DNA of 64,000 nucleotides from Alphaproteobacteria bacterium (GTDB lineage Bacteria; Pseudomonadota; Alphaproteobacteria; Micavibrionales; UBA2020): NCBI GenBank assembly GCA_027483355.1, contig JAIXUW010000292.1, positions 138,308 to 202,307 of the forward strand, read 5' to 3'. Shown piece by piece: positions 51,601 to 59,049 of this stretch (position 1 is its first letter; each line of letters starts with the position of its first letter). The notes under the pieces were generated by a model. It saw only the letters and a program-made list of their open reading frames with translations, ran no database searches and was not told where the DNA came from. The position numbers and the translations under genes were made by a program.

Positions 51601-53271
51601 CATGTCGCTCAAAATCAACGCAACGCTCGAAGTCACATGGTTCACTTGCAAAGCAACAGCCCGGACCCCGCCGCCATTACTCGAATGTACTATTGCGCCA
51701 GTTGCAGAACATGGGCTCATCAATTGGCTCAAGAGACGTCGGTTTATTACGCCTGGAACGCGCAGCGCAAATGCTTTGTCATGCAAACGGCTCAGTATTC
51801 GAGAGCTAACTCGTTAGTCAACTCGGCATCAAAGCCAATCAAGCCTCAAGTGAGAACAACCCGGTTCACAAATAGCATTATGAACGCGTACCAGAGCAAA
51901 TCGGCGAATTCCTCGCATCGCGTGTTCAAAGTACTGTTCAAAACGGACAACTGGAAGGCTTACAGAAGAGATTTTATAAACGATCTGCGAGTATGCGATT
52001 GTGAATCGAGAAAGAGAGTGACGACCACGATGAGCAGTAAGGTGGCTCAATTCCTATTACCGCCACACATTCGAAGATCGCTTCATTTTCAAAGGAATAA
52101 CATTACAGCCGAAGAGAATAGAATATGGCTGCAGTACGCTAGGCTAGCCATGATTTTCCCGCTGAGACCGGCTCAGGAAAAGGAACTCAAGCGCAAGGCC
52201 AGGATTTACGACGCGGAAATGGCGAACAAGGCAGGCGAGTCCACTTCAAACGGCGCTACTGCCGAAAAAGGTAAAAAGGCCGGTGCTGCAAAGAAAACGG
52301 GACGTGGCCGCAAGAGAAAGCAACCAGATAGCGCCAAGGCGGGCACTTCAGGCGATTCGGATCGTGAAGACGAAGACAATGAAAACGAAAACGAGAACGA
52401 GGAATCAGGCGATGCCGCTAACGCAGACGAAGAAGAGAACGAAGAAGAATTCGACGTGAACGGATCTCCGGACAAAATACCCGAACAAGTCCGCCAAATA
52501 CTGAGTCGATATTGGATGAACGAGCCTGAAATCGTGAATCAGACAACGGCAGGAATGCATCACGGCACAGTGTTTCAGGAGACTCGACCGATGATCGCGG
52601 CGGCTGCAGCCAAAGTAGACGCGCTTGATGTGACTACTAAATGCGGGTATCCTCTGCTCGCATTCAACGGCGAAGGAAGAATGTACATTTTGCCTACTCA
52701 GTACACATGCGTGGCAAAGGCGTGCTGCTTTTGCGCTCGATGCGGCAAAGTCATGGTCGCGTTCGATTGGAATTACGCACCTGGTGTCGGATATGTCTGC
52801 GAAGATCATCCTAATGAGTTCCCGATCAATTTCAAGTACAATGGAGGACTGTGGCCTGCTCGGACCGCTTCTTCCAACCCAGAATCCGTGTCCGCAGGCA
52901 ATCCGTTTGAGTTAGTCATACAAAAACAGTATCATGTGACTACGGCGGTCCAACTTCAATGCTTGCCCACTGCATGGCTCAATCGCTATGGATTTAAGAA
53001 TTACATGGAGGCGATGGGGTTGACCCAGATCCTGCTCGATCGAACAATGACGCAGCTGGCTCGAGATGAATCGTTTTTCTGTTCAACATGTGATTCGGAT
53101 CCACACGCCAAGCCGGCAAAAAAGTACTGGGCCAACACGGTCCCCATTATGCATGTAAGCCGCAAAAAGTGTCGAATGCAAGTGCAGAATTTTTGCCAGA
53201 ATCATTACAAGTATTTTAGAGCTAAATTGGTGAAAAAGCAAGAGGCTTCGAACAAAAAGGCGCACGGTTAA
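48664..53271 (+). CDS. hypothetical large protein (1535 aa)
   Basis: Longest ORF in the window, starting 14 nt after the previous stop. Two acidic/basic low-complexity inserts (GNGSNGNGGNDEDDED; GRGRKRKQPD..DREDEDNENENENEE). C-terminal Cys/His clusters (CCFCARCGKV..CEDHPNEF; CSTCDSDPH). Confidence 0.85.
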   Translation: MRKLSLFHHPKRSNNSAAFETRVGSHSWRALAMNDVKEGYKAFPLHDAKARLARQQGWYVWLARAQVSGQISTPDTWIDKTRYVLSDIVCNLNDISDTTFRDPIPTSITGTLMPWDALATACRAYMIDEEQFENILRLEEYKPLGSVIGVGETELQLSESANAPPLALLRKFFMQKHAIPLINYIEKTSIVSPSQSKTKYASAHLDFDKIEDDMRQNYPYPYMDPGSWNINHFKVPTSVFEQEPSIDDLVIWESVLCPVMSTYRYLESLVHSVNQWPSYRYIGLEYNAENDSWKAPVNYSRQKKLAPISLLQLQYQFTIPVPRSLHDLQGVDEIALCDLWVNGFSWMATVLWRLYHLHRLKAVAVRPDDRCLLHATQLVIDSHIPLYAYNVKHGTFHDAFHLQKVPFSTFDGPTPKSKHPLAPAALNEYGGIYGKPKRHEHVKSTQYPRVFMLYPGMTRWLVTVEESPSLIPALNMSGFFFRYSSEHTAIQNWDDPKTAFITLMVSKMSQFRSRLRADDTTAKHCFTKHPIMASILLNYKHIFELGNTHGESKRPAFQDRIRLWLTYKDPETAPRSIEWVVDHCFRDFRYATRFAMHEMMCYYINLIPAFKQCMLSHPHQGVMYKEWMTTVKNAAQFHRNRLETIPLLPGAPKSTVILYNDILLCRLYNATNKHLNFCCHYGTFSDVLETFFPKEYSSLLSRVEVTLRAFSKDHAPDTELKNQIEAKCNQLKQLAELSRSRHTRFDYDDDLFDSESGFNALGNAGNGSNGNGGNDEDDEDAAQKEHAVFEQFHDDTLYTNEGDIDLDVLADMLLTSNEAGKSGQPATAAADSTTPNQAESSSSSKSEQTGPELYCYSKAEMRAIHRILSDNILHIPILDDPGNEHISEMFNAMVWTTQRYHGARQTLPLKLLLLFGMSFQMLIRLYMIFIYYEQALPYHRISGMIKRLIQDYPQDCALLWRYLQLLKMFSTEQAILLPAHVAQNQRNARSHMVHLQSNSPDPAAITRMYYCASCRTWAHQLAQETSVYYAWNAQRKCFVMQTAQYSRANSLVNSASKPIKPQVRTTRFTNSIMNAYQSKSANSSHRVFKVLFKTDNWKAYRRDFINDLRVCDCESRKRVTTTMSSKVAQFLLPPHIRRSLHFQRNNITAEENRIWLQYARLAMIFPLRPAQEKELKRKARIYDAEMANKAGESTSNGATAEKGKKAGAAKKTGRGRKRKQPDSAKAGTSGDSDREDEDNENENENEESGDAANADEEENEEEFDVNGSPDKIPEQVRQILSRYWMNEPEIVNQTTAGMHHGTVFQETRPMIAAAAAKVDALDVTTKCGYPLLAFNGEGRMYILPTQYTCVAKACCFCARCGKVMVAFDWNYAPGVGYVCEDHPNEFPINFKYNGGLWPARTASSNPESVSAGNPFELVIQKQYHVTTAVQLQCLPTAWLNRYGFKNYMEAMGLTQILLDRTMTQLARDESFFCSTCDSDPHAKPAKKYWANTVPIMHVSRKKCRMQVQNFCQNHYKYFRAKLVKKQEASNKKAHG

Positions 53272-53287
53272 AGGTTTATAAATATAA

Positions 53288-53293
53288 TGTACA
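53288..53293. terminator. palindromic TGTACA between convergent stop codons
   Basis: Between the stops at 53269-53271 (+) and 53318-53320 (-). Confidence 0.4.
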
Positions 53294-53317
53294 TGTGTGT
53301 ATATAAAACATATTCGT

Positions 53318-53764
53318 TTAGTATACTGGAAGAATAGTCGGGTCTTTTGCGTAAGTAATGTCAAGTGTGTACAAAGCCAGACTTACGCGCTGAGAATCGG
53401 CAGAAGTCCAATACACGTCCTTTCCATATACTTTTGCGATGATAGGCAGTTCATTCCAATCACCCATGCCCGTGGAAGAATGCAGCAGAATCTCCTCGCT
53501 TTGAAAAAGAGACCAGGGGTCTTCCTTGGGGTTGATATGCGGCCATGAACCATAAAATGGGAATCTAATACTCTTATATTGACTTTCGTCAACTTTCCCG
53601 GGCCAATTGACAAACCGTATGCCCCCTTCTGTTATTTTCTCGATTTCAAACTCGTGTCCGTAACCGTATGCTTTCTTCAGAGCTCTGATAAACTCCAAAA
53701 CATGCCTTCGTCTAAATGGTTCGTAGATTGTGACATCGGCACAGTAGCCGGAGAAGTTTTGCAT
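53318..53764 (-). CDS. hypothetical protein (148 aa)
   Basis: First ATG (MQNFSGYCADV) of a track ORF that begins at TTG. Lies directly downstream of the methyltransferase gene on the same strand. Confidence 0.6.
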   Translation of the reverse strand: MQNFSGYCADVTIYEPFRRRHVLEFIRALKKAYGYGHEFEIEKITEGGIRFVNWPGKVDESQYKSIRFPFYGSWPHINPKEDPWSLFQSEEILLHSSTGMGDWNELPIIAKVYGKDVYWTSADSQRVSLALYTLDITYAKDPTILPVY

Positions 53765-53830
53765 GCCGTGCGCCGATTTCAAAGTCCTATGCGTTCAAAT
53801 GCGCCAAAAAAGAAGAGGAAAGTATTATTT

Positions 53831-55048
53831 TTACTTCCACTTTTTCACAAAGGCGCATAATTCATGCCAACAATGCGTGGAGTGGATTTCCCAGAGAAAA
53901 CTATCCTCCGGTTTAAAGCCAGAGCGCGGTATTTCCGAGTAGAAAGTATCAATTTGTTGTTTGATATACTCGACCGTCGTGCCCGCCTTGCGAAATCCAC
54001 CACCGTAATTGGCCCAATACGAAGTCTGAAGGTCTTCGATAACATACACACCCCCGGGTTTCAAGGCAGACCACAATTCTTGGAAGGAAACGATTTGTTG
54101 GTTCATAGTATGGCCTCCGTCGTCAGTGATGAAATCTAAAGTTTGAAACACACACACGCAGAAAAAAGTGAGATCGCTTCAGCGCACAAATTCACGCGTG
54201 AATGCGTACCATACACGCCTCCGCCTTCAGAGACAACTTTCCTCAAAAACTCTCGATTGGATTGGTCGCCAATAAAGAGTTCGTCGACTTTGGATCTGAA
54301 AGGTTCAGCACAGGTTGCATCATATTCGACCATATGCAGAGTGAGCTTGTTGCCAAAAAAGTCTTTCCAAACTGGGATGGATCCACCTGGACCGTACGAC
54401 ATTCCACAACCAAGGCCGATTTCTAGCATTTTGACAGGCCTATCTCTCAAATGTTGAACCATAAAACCGTACGCATACTGCGACAATAAAAATATGGAGT
54501 GAGAAGAAAAAAAAATCGGGGCGGATGCTCAGTGTCACCCGACACACCTGATAATTATGAGTAGTAACCTTGTCGGTGATTTGAGAAAACTTAGTGGCCG
54601 AGCTTTTGAACTCAGAAGCTCTAAATTCAAGCCAGTCGGCGTAAGGCAGAGACGACTTTGTCAGCGCCTTTTGTTAGAAACCTCGCAACTTGTTAGTGTA
54701 TTTTGCAAATGTGAACATAAAAAACGTAAACATGCCTCTTTTTCCTTTTTGCAAAAGCCGGTCTCAGTCTCGGAAGCAACGCGGATTGATTCGCTCAGCT
54801 GGCGTGTCAAAAGCGAAATCTGCTTCTCCAGAGAATCTACTTTTGAGATCATCGTCTTGAACTCCACTTGGCTAAAAGAAATTTGAGTACACGCCGTGGT
54901 TAGAAAACAAGGAAGGTCGAAACCACATTGCTTTTTCAACATACCTGCTTTGAGGCGGCTGGTTCACCGGTTTGAAGAGTACCATTGCCACTACAAAGGC
55001 AACGACTACGGCCACAAGAATAACGGGAAACTTGCCCTGCGCGGCCAT
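53831..55048 (-). CDS. membrane-anchored class I SAM-dependent methyltransferase, 5 exons (310 aa)
   Basis: Exons (minus strand): 55048-54945, 54871-54736, 54667-54548, 54477-54210, 54135-53831. Spliced product: MAAQGKFPVILVAVVVAFVVAMVLF (signal anchor) ... ITDKVTTHNYQ|YAYGFMVQHL..MLEIGLGCG (SAM motif I) ..GGGVY|DFITDDGGH..LKPGGVYVIEDL. The TDK-x3-H-x-Y / LEIGxG / DDGxH / PGG pattern matches a bacterial-type O-methyltransferase family. Confidence 0.8.
54136..54209 (-). other. spliceosomal-type intron 4 of the methyltransferase gene (74 nt, GTACGC..TTTAG)
   Basis: Removing it restores GGGVY-D-FITDDGGH across a frame break between track ORFs 54136..54486 and 53831..54157. Confidence 0.8.
54478..54547 (-). 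other. spliceosomal-type intron 3 (70 nt, GTGTGT..CGCAG)
   Basis: Joins ..TDKVTTHNYQ to YAYGFMVQHL.., recreating the conserved TDKxxxHxYxxxY motif. Confidence 0.75.
54668..54735 (-). other. putative intron 2 (68 nt), apparent GC-AG type (GCATGT..CTAACAAAAG)
   Basis: This is the only in-frame solution of typical size. It contains two CTAAC branch-like sites. The non-canonical GC donor lowers confidence. Confidence 0.45.
54872..54944 (-). other. putative intron 1 (73 nt, GTATGT..TTCTAAC..TTTCTTTTAG)
   Basis: Follows the signal-anchor exon (..PPQS AG|GTATGT). Shows donor, branch-like TTCTAAC, a pyrimidine tract and an AG. Phase 2 is resolved by the first nt of exon 2. Confidence 0.6.
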
Positions 55049-55287
55049 GGCTAAGGCAACAAGTTTCAAGCGATTGAGAAGGACTTTGTTGATTGGGGTA
55101 TTCCACCACGCTAAAAAATGTAGATTTATGCGACCTAATCAGAGATTTATCTCTAGCAGATTCCAGGTTTGTTTTGTGACGCCTCCCTCCCCCACCGCGC
55201 GCAGACATTTGGAAAAACTACTGGTAAGAATCAGACATTTTATAGCGACAGTCAGTTGGTCGACAATCAGCCGCCTTTACGAAAACA

Positions 55288-55857
55288 ATGGAGCCTGCTT
55301 CAAAGCGTCGTAAGACTACAGCAAAGCCCAAGCGCGTTTTTGACGTCAAAAGCTTTACTTCTGATTGGAGCGAACTTGTTCCCGGAAAGTTATTCCACGT
55401 TTCGTTCATTCAAACAGGCGAAGAGGGCGACGCTCGTGAATATCGAGCCCTTTTCTCGTCCGCCGAAGCCGCTCGCCGCTTCTGGACCTTTGCGGCTCAC
55501 GCAGAAAAGTTCAAGGCCGGCTCATGTCCTCGATTGATGAGTTACTTGGTAGACAGAGACTGTGACGAAAAGAATCGTCCCGTATTGCACGAGGAGAGCG
55601 AAGAAGAATATCAAGAAGGCGCCGGCGGTACAGGTGCTTGCGCTTCCGATGCCATTAACCCACAGAATGATCTCATCGTTGAAGCCTACGTAAATCTTGT
55701 TGCCGTGCGTCTTTTATCCGACGTCAAATGGAAATGGGTGGATCCTCTTAAGGCAAACTACGGTTTTGGGACTCACGACAACCTTCATGTCGACTGGAAC
55801 ATTGTGTCTCCCGAGTGCCCTATTGATGCGATATTCAGAACTACGAATTTTTGCTAG
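55288..55857 (+). CDS. hypothetical protein with N-terminal basic cluster (189 aa)
   Basis: ATG ORF (MEPASKRRKTTAKPKR...). Divergent from the methyltransferase gene. Confidence 0.7.
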   Translation: MEPASKRRKTTAKPKRVFDVKSFTSDWSELVPGKLFHVSFIQTGEEGDAREYRALFSSAEAARRFWTFAAHAEKFKAGSCPRLMSYLVDRDCDEKNRPVLHEESEEEYQEGAGGTGACASDAINPQNDLIVEAYVNLVAVRLLSDVKWKWVDPLKANYGFGTHDNLHVDWNIVSPECPIDAIFRTTNFC

Positions 55858-55973
55858 TCCCATAGCTTCTATTTGCGTACAAGTTGCATTCTGTAAACTT
55901 TTTTCTTTTATATCATTGCACTGTTAATACAAAATGAATACGTTACACAAAAACCCTCATAGGGTGTGGTAAA

Positions 55974-57629
55974 TTACTCATCAATATCCATGCCTTCAAA
56001 ATTCTCCTTCTCGGACTCTGAATCGGAATCGGACTCGGATTCAGAACCGGACCCAGCGTCATCTTCGTCCATATTGTCGTCCTCATCCTCGTCCTCATCG
56101 TCCTCAATATCGTCATTGTAGCTCCAATTCACGCGCTTCCAGAGCCCCTGGGCGCCTCCGTACTCCAAACAAGCTTGCAAGTACGTCTTGTCGCCGGGCT
56201 GGCCATCGTCAATCTCACCCACAATCGTGCCTCTCACTGTCAAGTAACCGAGTCCGACAAAGTCGCCGCGGACAAAGTTTATCAACGGCTCCACGAACCG
56301 TTCGCCCGGGCACGCGTCAGACACGACTACGCGAGGAGCGCAAATGCGAAGATTCAAAGGGATCACAGAAGTCTGATGAGCGACGAGGCGATAGGACGAA
56401 AGGAACCGATCTAATGAAGGGACGTGAAAGACAATGGTGCACAGGAGCGGAGTCGCAATGTCGACAACATCGCTCATTATGTAGTCCAAGCACATAGGTG
56501 TAGAGAGAATCTTAGCAGAGTGATCTTCGTACTCGGTGGAGGGAAACTGAACGCTGACCTGGAGCGGGCAGGCATGCAAGCCAAGATCCTGGACAACATC
56601 ACTAGCAGTCTTCAAAAAAGTGCTACGAGTAGAATTGTAGTAGACTTCGTACATCCACTCGGGAAGATCGACCTTGGTCAATCCAGGAACCTTGAGAGCG
56701 ATGGATCGGACGAGATCCGACACGCCAGGAAAAGAAGCGTAAAACTCGTTGACATCCTCGGCATCGATACGCTTTCCATTGTAGTATCTGGTGCAGGTAG
56801 CAAACATCTCGTCGGACATTGTGCCCTTGAGGCGCGCAAGAAGACGCTCGTGGCGAGTCGTGTCATCAAACCGACGAGACTCCATGTCCAACTGAATAGA
56901 ACCATTGTTGAACTGAGTACGCGAGATAAATCCAGCAATAGATGCGCACACGAGGCCCGGGACATGGCTGCCGTCAAAGCCGACCTTGAAATCAAAGAGC
57001 TTGCCGGGAACACAAAGATTGTCGAAGAAGGCACAAGCAAAATCAATCATCTTGTCACGAGGTGCGTAAAACACGGTGTGCACGCGGAAGTCGAACCCGG
57101 CACGAATTTGGAGCGAGGAGAGCCCTGGGAACAATCCGATAAACTTGGCAATGCGTGCCGCGCCCTCCACGGAGATATTCCGCCAATAAGGGTAGTCAAG
57201 AACGACACGCGTGACAGCCGGAGACACGTTGCCCAAAGAGGCAAGTCGGTCGGCCAAAAGTCCGATAGTAGCCGTGTCCACGTCACAGCCGAGCGAAATT
57301 TCGCGCAAACCTCGAATACCAAAACAACTGGGGTCGTTCTCGACATTGCGCATAAGAGCGCAAGCAAAATCGACCTCGGACGGGCGGAGCCAAGTGAGCT
57401 CAAGAACACCGTACTCAAGTGTCATGGCGCGAAGGTCCGCCGCCGGAAGAGAACGCATGCCCTCGAATTCGTACACTAATTCACGGCCATCAAGAAGACG
57501 AGATCCGCTCTCTTCGTGGGTCATCACAGTGGTGAAACACTTCTCGATGGTTTCGAGCGGAATAAAAGTAGAAGTCTCCTCCATATTGTTCAATAATGTG
57601 TTCACTTCTACACACGTGTGAATAGACAT
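55974..57629 (-). CDS. LRR (RNI-like) protein with acidic C-terminal tail, possible family member D (551 aa)
   Basis: Leucine-rich repeats (LELTWLRPSEV, IRGLREISLGCDV, VTRVVLDYPYWRNISVEG, FPGLSSLQIRAGF). C-terminus DDIEDDEDEDEDDNMDEDD..SESESDSDSESE. The 351-aa antisense ORF 56424..57479 is judged a shadow ORF. Confidence 0.8.
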   Translation of the reverse strand: MSIHTCVEVNTLLNNMEETSTFIPLETIEKCFTTVMTHEESGSRLLDGRELVYEFEGMRSLPAADLRAMTLEYGVLELTWLRPSEVDFACALMRNVENDPSCFGIRGLREISLGCDVDTATIGLLADRLASLGNVSPAVTRVVLDYPYWRNISVEGAARIAKFIGLFPGLSSLQIRAGFDFRVHTVFYAPRDKMIDFACAFFDNLCVPGKLFDFKVGFDGSHVPGLVCASIAGFISRTQFNNGSIQLDMESRRFDDTTRHERLLARLKGTMSDEMFATCTRYYNGKRIDAEDVNEFYASFPGVSDLVRSIALKVPGLTKVDLPEWMYEVYYNSTRSTFLKTASDVVQDLGLHACPLQVSVQFPSTEYEDHSAKILSTPMCLDYIMSDVVDIATPLLCTIVFHVPSLDRFLSSYRLVAHQTSVIPLNLRICAPRVVVSDACPGERFVEPLINFVRGDFVGLGYLTVRGTIVGEIDDGQPGDKTYLQACLEYGGAQGLWKRVNWSYNDDIEDDEDEDEDDNMDEDDAGSGSESESDSDSESEKENFEGMDIDE

Positions 57630-58140
57630 ATATAATGTGAGATTCTATACGAAAGAACAAAATACAGGCATGAGTAAGAGCGCACCGTCCACAGACATGA
57701 GGTCAACGTTTTGTGCTGTTCCCGAACCGCCTTCGATCGCGGGTGTCGTATCCATACCAGACATGCTTCTAAATTCGCAAAAAGTAGTGGTTATTATAAT
57801 GCGAATTAGTGCGCAAAGAATAAAGGTCGCGCAAGCGAGCACGCGACTGCACTCGCCGGGCGCTAAACCGCGCTCGTACATTGATATATCGGGCTCAAAT
57901 CAAGTAAAATGAGTTCAAATGTAAGTGTAGATGTCGTCTAAAAGTGTACCAACACTGAAAATGAATGGTCCGGAACCGCGAAACGTTGCCCGAAAAGAAA
58001 CAGCACAAAGAACGGGCCGGGCAGGGGGTCCGCGCTTGCTATTCGATATTTTACATTGATTGTTCTCTCAAACATACTTTACATTATGTGAAACAATGGA
58101 TTTTGATGTCCTGAACAGAATAAACCGCCGTGACACTCGG

Positions 58141-58453
58141 ATAACGTAACTTTGTTGTATGACATAACGTAACTTTACGGGATAACGTAACGTAACCAAG
58201 CTTGAATAACGTTACTTCAGTCTAGCGTTAAGTTATTTCAGAAAACGGCGAGTAGCTAAAAACGTGATGTAACGTAACTCTTGGTGACGTAACGTAACCT
58301 TCATACAATTACGTTACGTTATCGAATACAATTACGTTCTATGTGTATTTGCGATTTCTCTAACAACTCTTAAGCAACGTAATTCTGGACGCGACGTAAC
58401 GTAATTCCCCTAACTTGAGTTACGTTACGTTACCGCATTACGTTATGTCATAC
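58141..58453. repeat. hr/origin-like cluster of (AACGT)n motifs in both orientations with flanking 16-nt perfect inverted repeat
   Basis: ATAACGTAAC at 58141 and 58164; ATAACGTAACGTAAC at 58182; GACGTAACGTAACC at 58286; the reverse forms TTACGTTACGTTATC at 58309 and GTTACGTTACGTTACC at 58419. GTATGACATAACGTAA (58157-58172) is the exact reverse complement of 58438-58453. Confidence 0.85.
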
Positions 58454-59049
58454 CTTTTTCTCCTTTCCCTTTTCCCAGCCACTATCCGCGTTCGATTCAC
58501 GGGTTCTATTATGCCTAAACATATTATAATACACTGAATATTGGGATCGGCGCGGTAAAATAGTCACTCAGAAAAGTTTTCAGAACCAGGGTGACATAAC
58601 TTGGCGTCGTGATTTTACCATGCTCCCGGCTCAATTACGTTATCGGTCGACCGGGAAACGTTATCTCGCTTGTGGCTGGTTTAATCCTTGCGTTCAAATT
58701 CACAACACACACATTTACATACGGAAAGTTCAATTCTGTTACCATGGACGCGGTACGCATTGATTCTCCGCGCCCTCGAAATACGTTGTGGCGATTTCCG
58801 TGTTTCTCCTCCGCGATGCAAATCAAATGCGGTTATTGTTTATGCGTACAAAACGTTGAAATACTGCAGGTGCAAATTTACGCGAAGAGATTCGTTCATC
58901 GGTAACGCCCGACCGAGTTTGCGCTTGAGACAACGGCAACTTTTTTTTTCGCGCTCTTTCCCAAGTGCCCGGTGACGATATTTTCCACATATCACAAATG
59001 CTTGCCGCGTAAAACCATTACTCATGTATATTCCATTATGACCGCGTAG

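Noticed and set aside
48664-53271. The 1535-aa ORF as a herpes/mirus-type HK97 major capsid protein, and the 652-aa ORF (43783..45741) as a portal, on size grounds
   Set aside because: Size alone is not evidence. I see no diagnostic motif, and the long acidic and basic low-complexity inserts are atypical for capsid proteins. They are mentioned only as targets for structure prediction.
56424-57479. 351-aa ORF on the plus strand, fully antisense to the 551-aa LRR gene
   Set aside because: It starts at a non-ATG codon and has the R/S/A-rich, low-information composition typical of a shadow frame. The minus-strand ORF is longer, starts at ATG, shows LRR periodicity and has an acidic tail like other genes here.
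58141-58453. The (AACGT)n cluster as a CRISPR array, telomeric repeat or tRNA cluster
   Set aside because: The units are 10-16 nt, irregularly spaced and in both orientations, with no repeat-spacer periodicity, so it is not CRISPR-like. It is internal and too short and irregular for telomeric DNA. No cloverleaf-compatible segments were seen.
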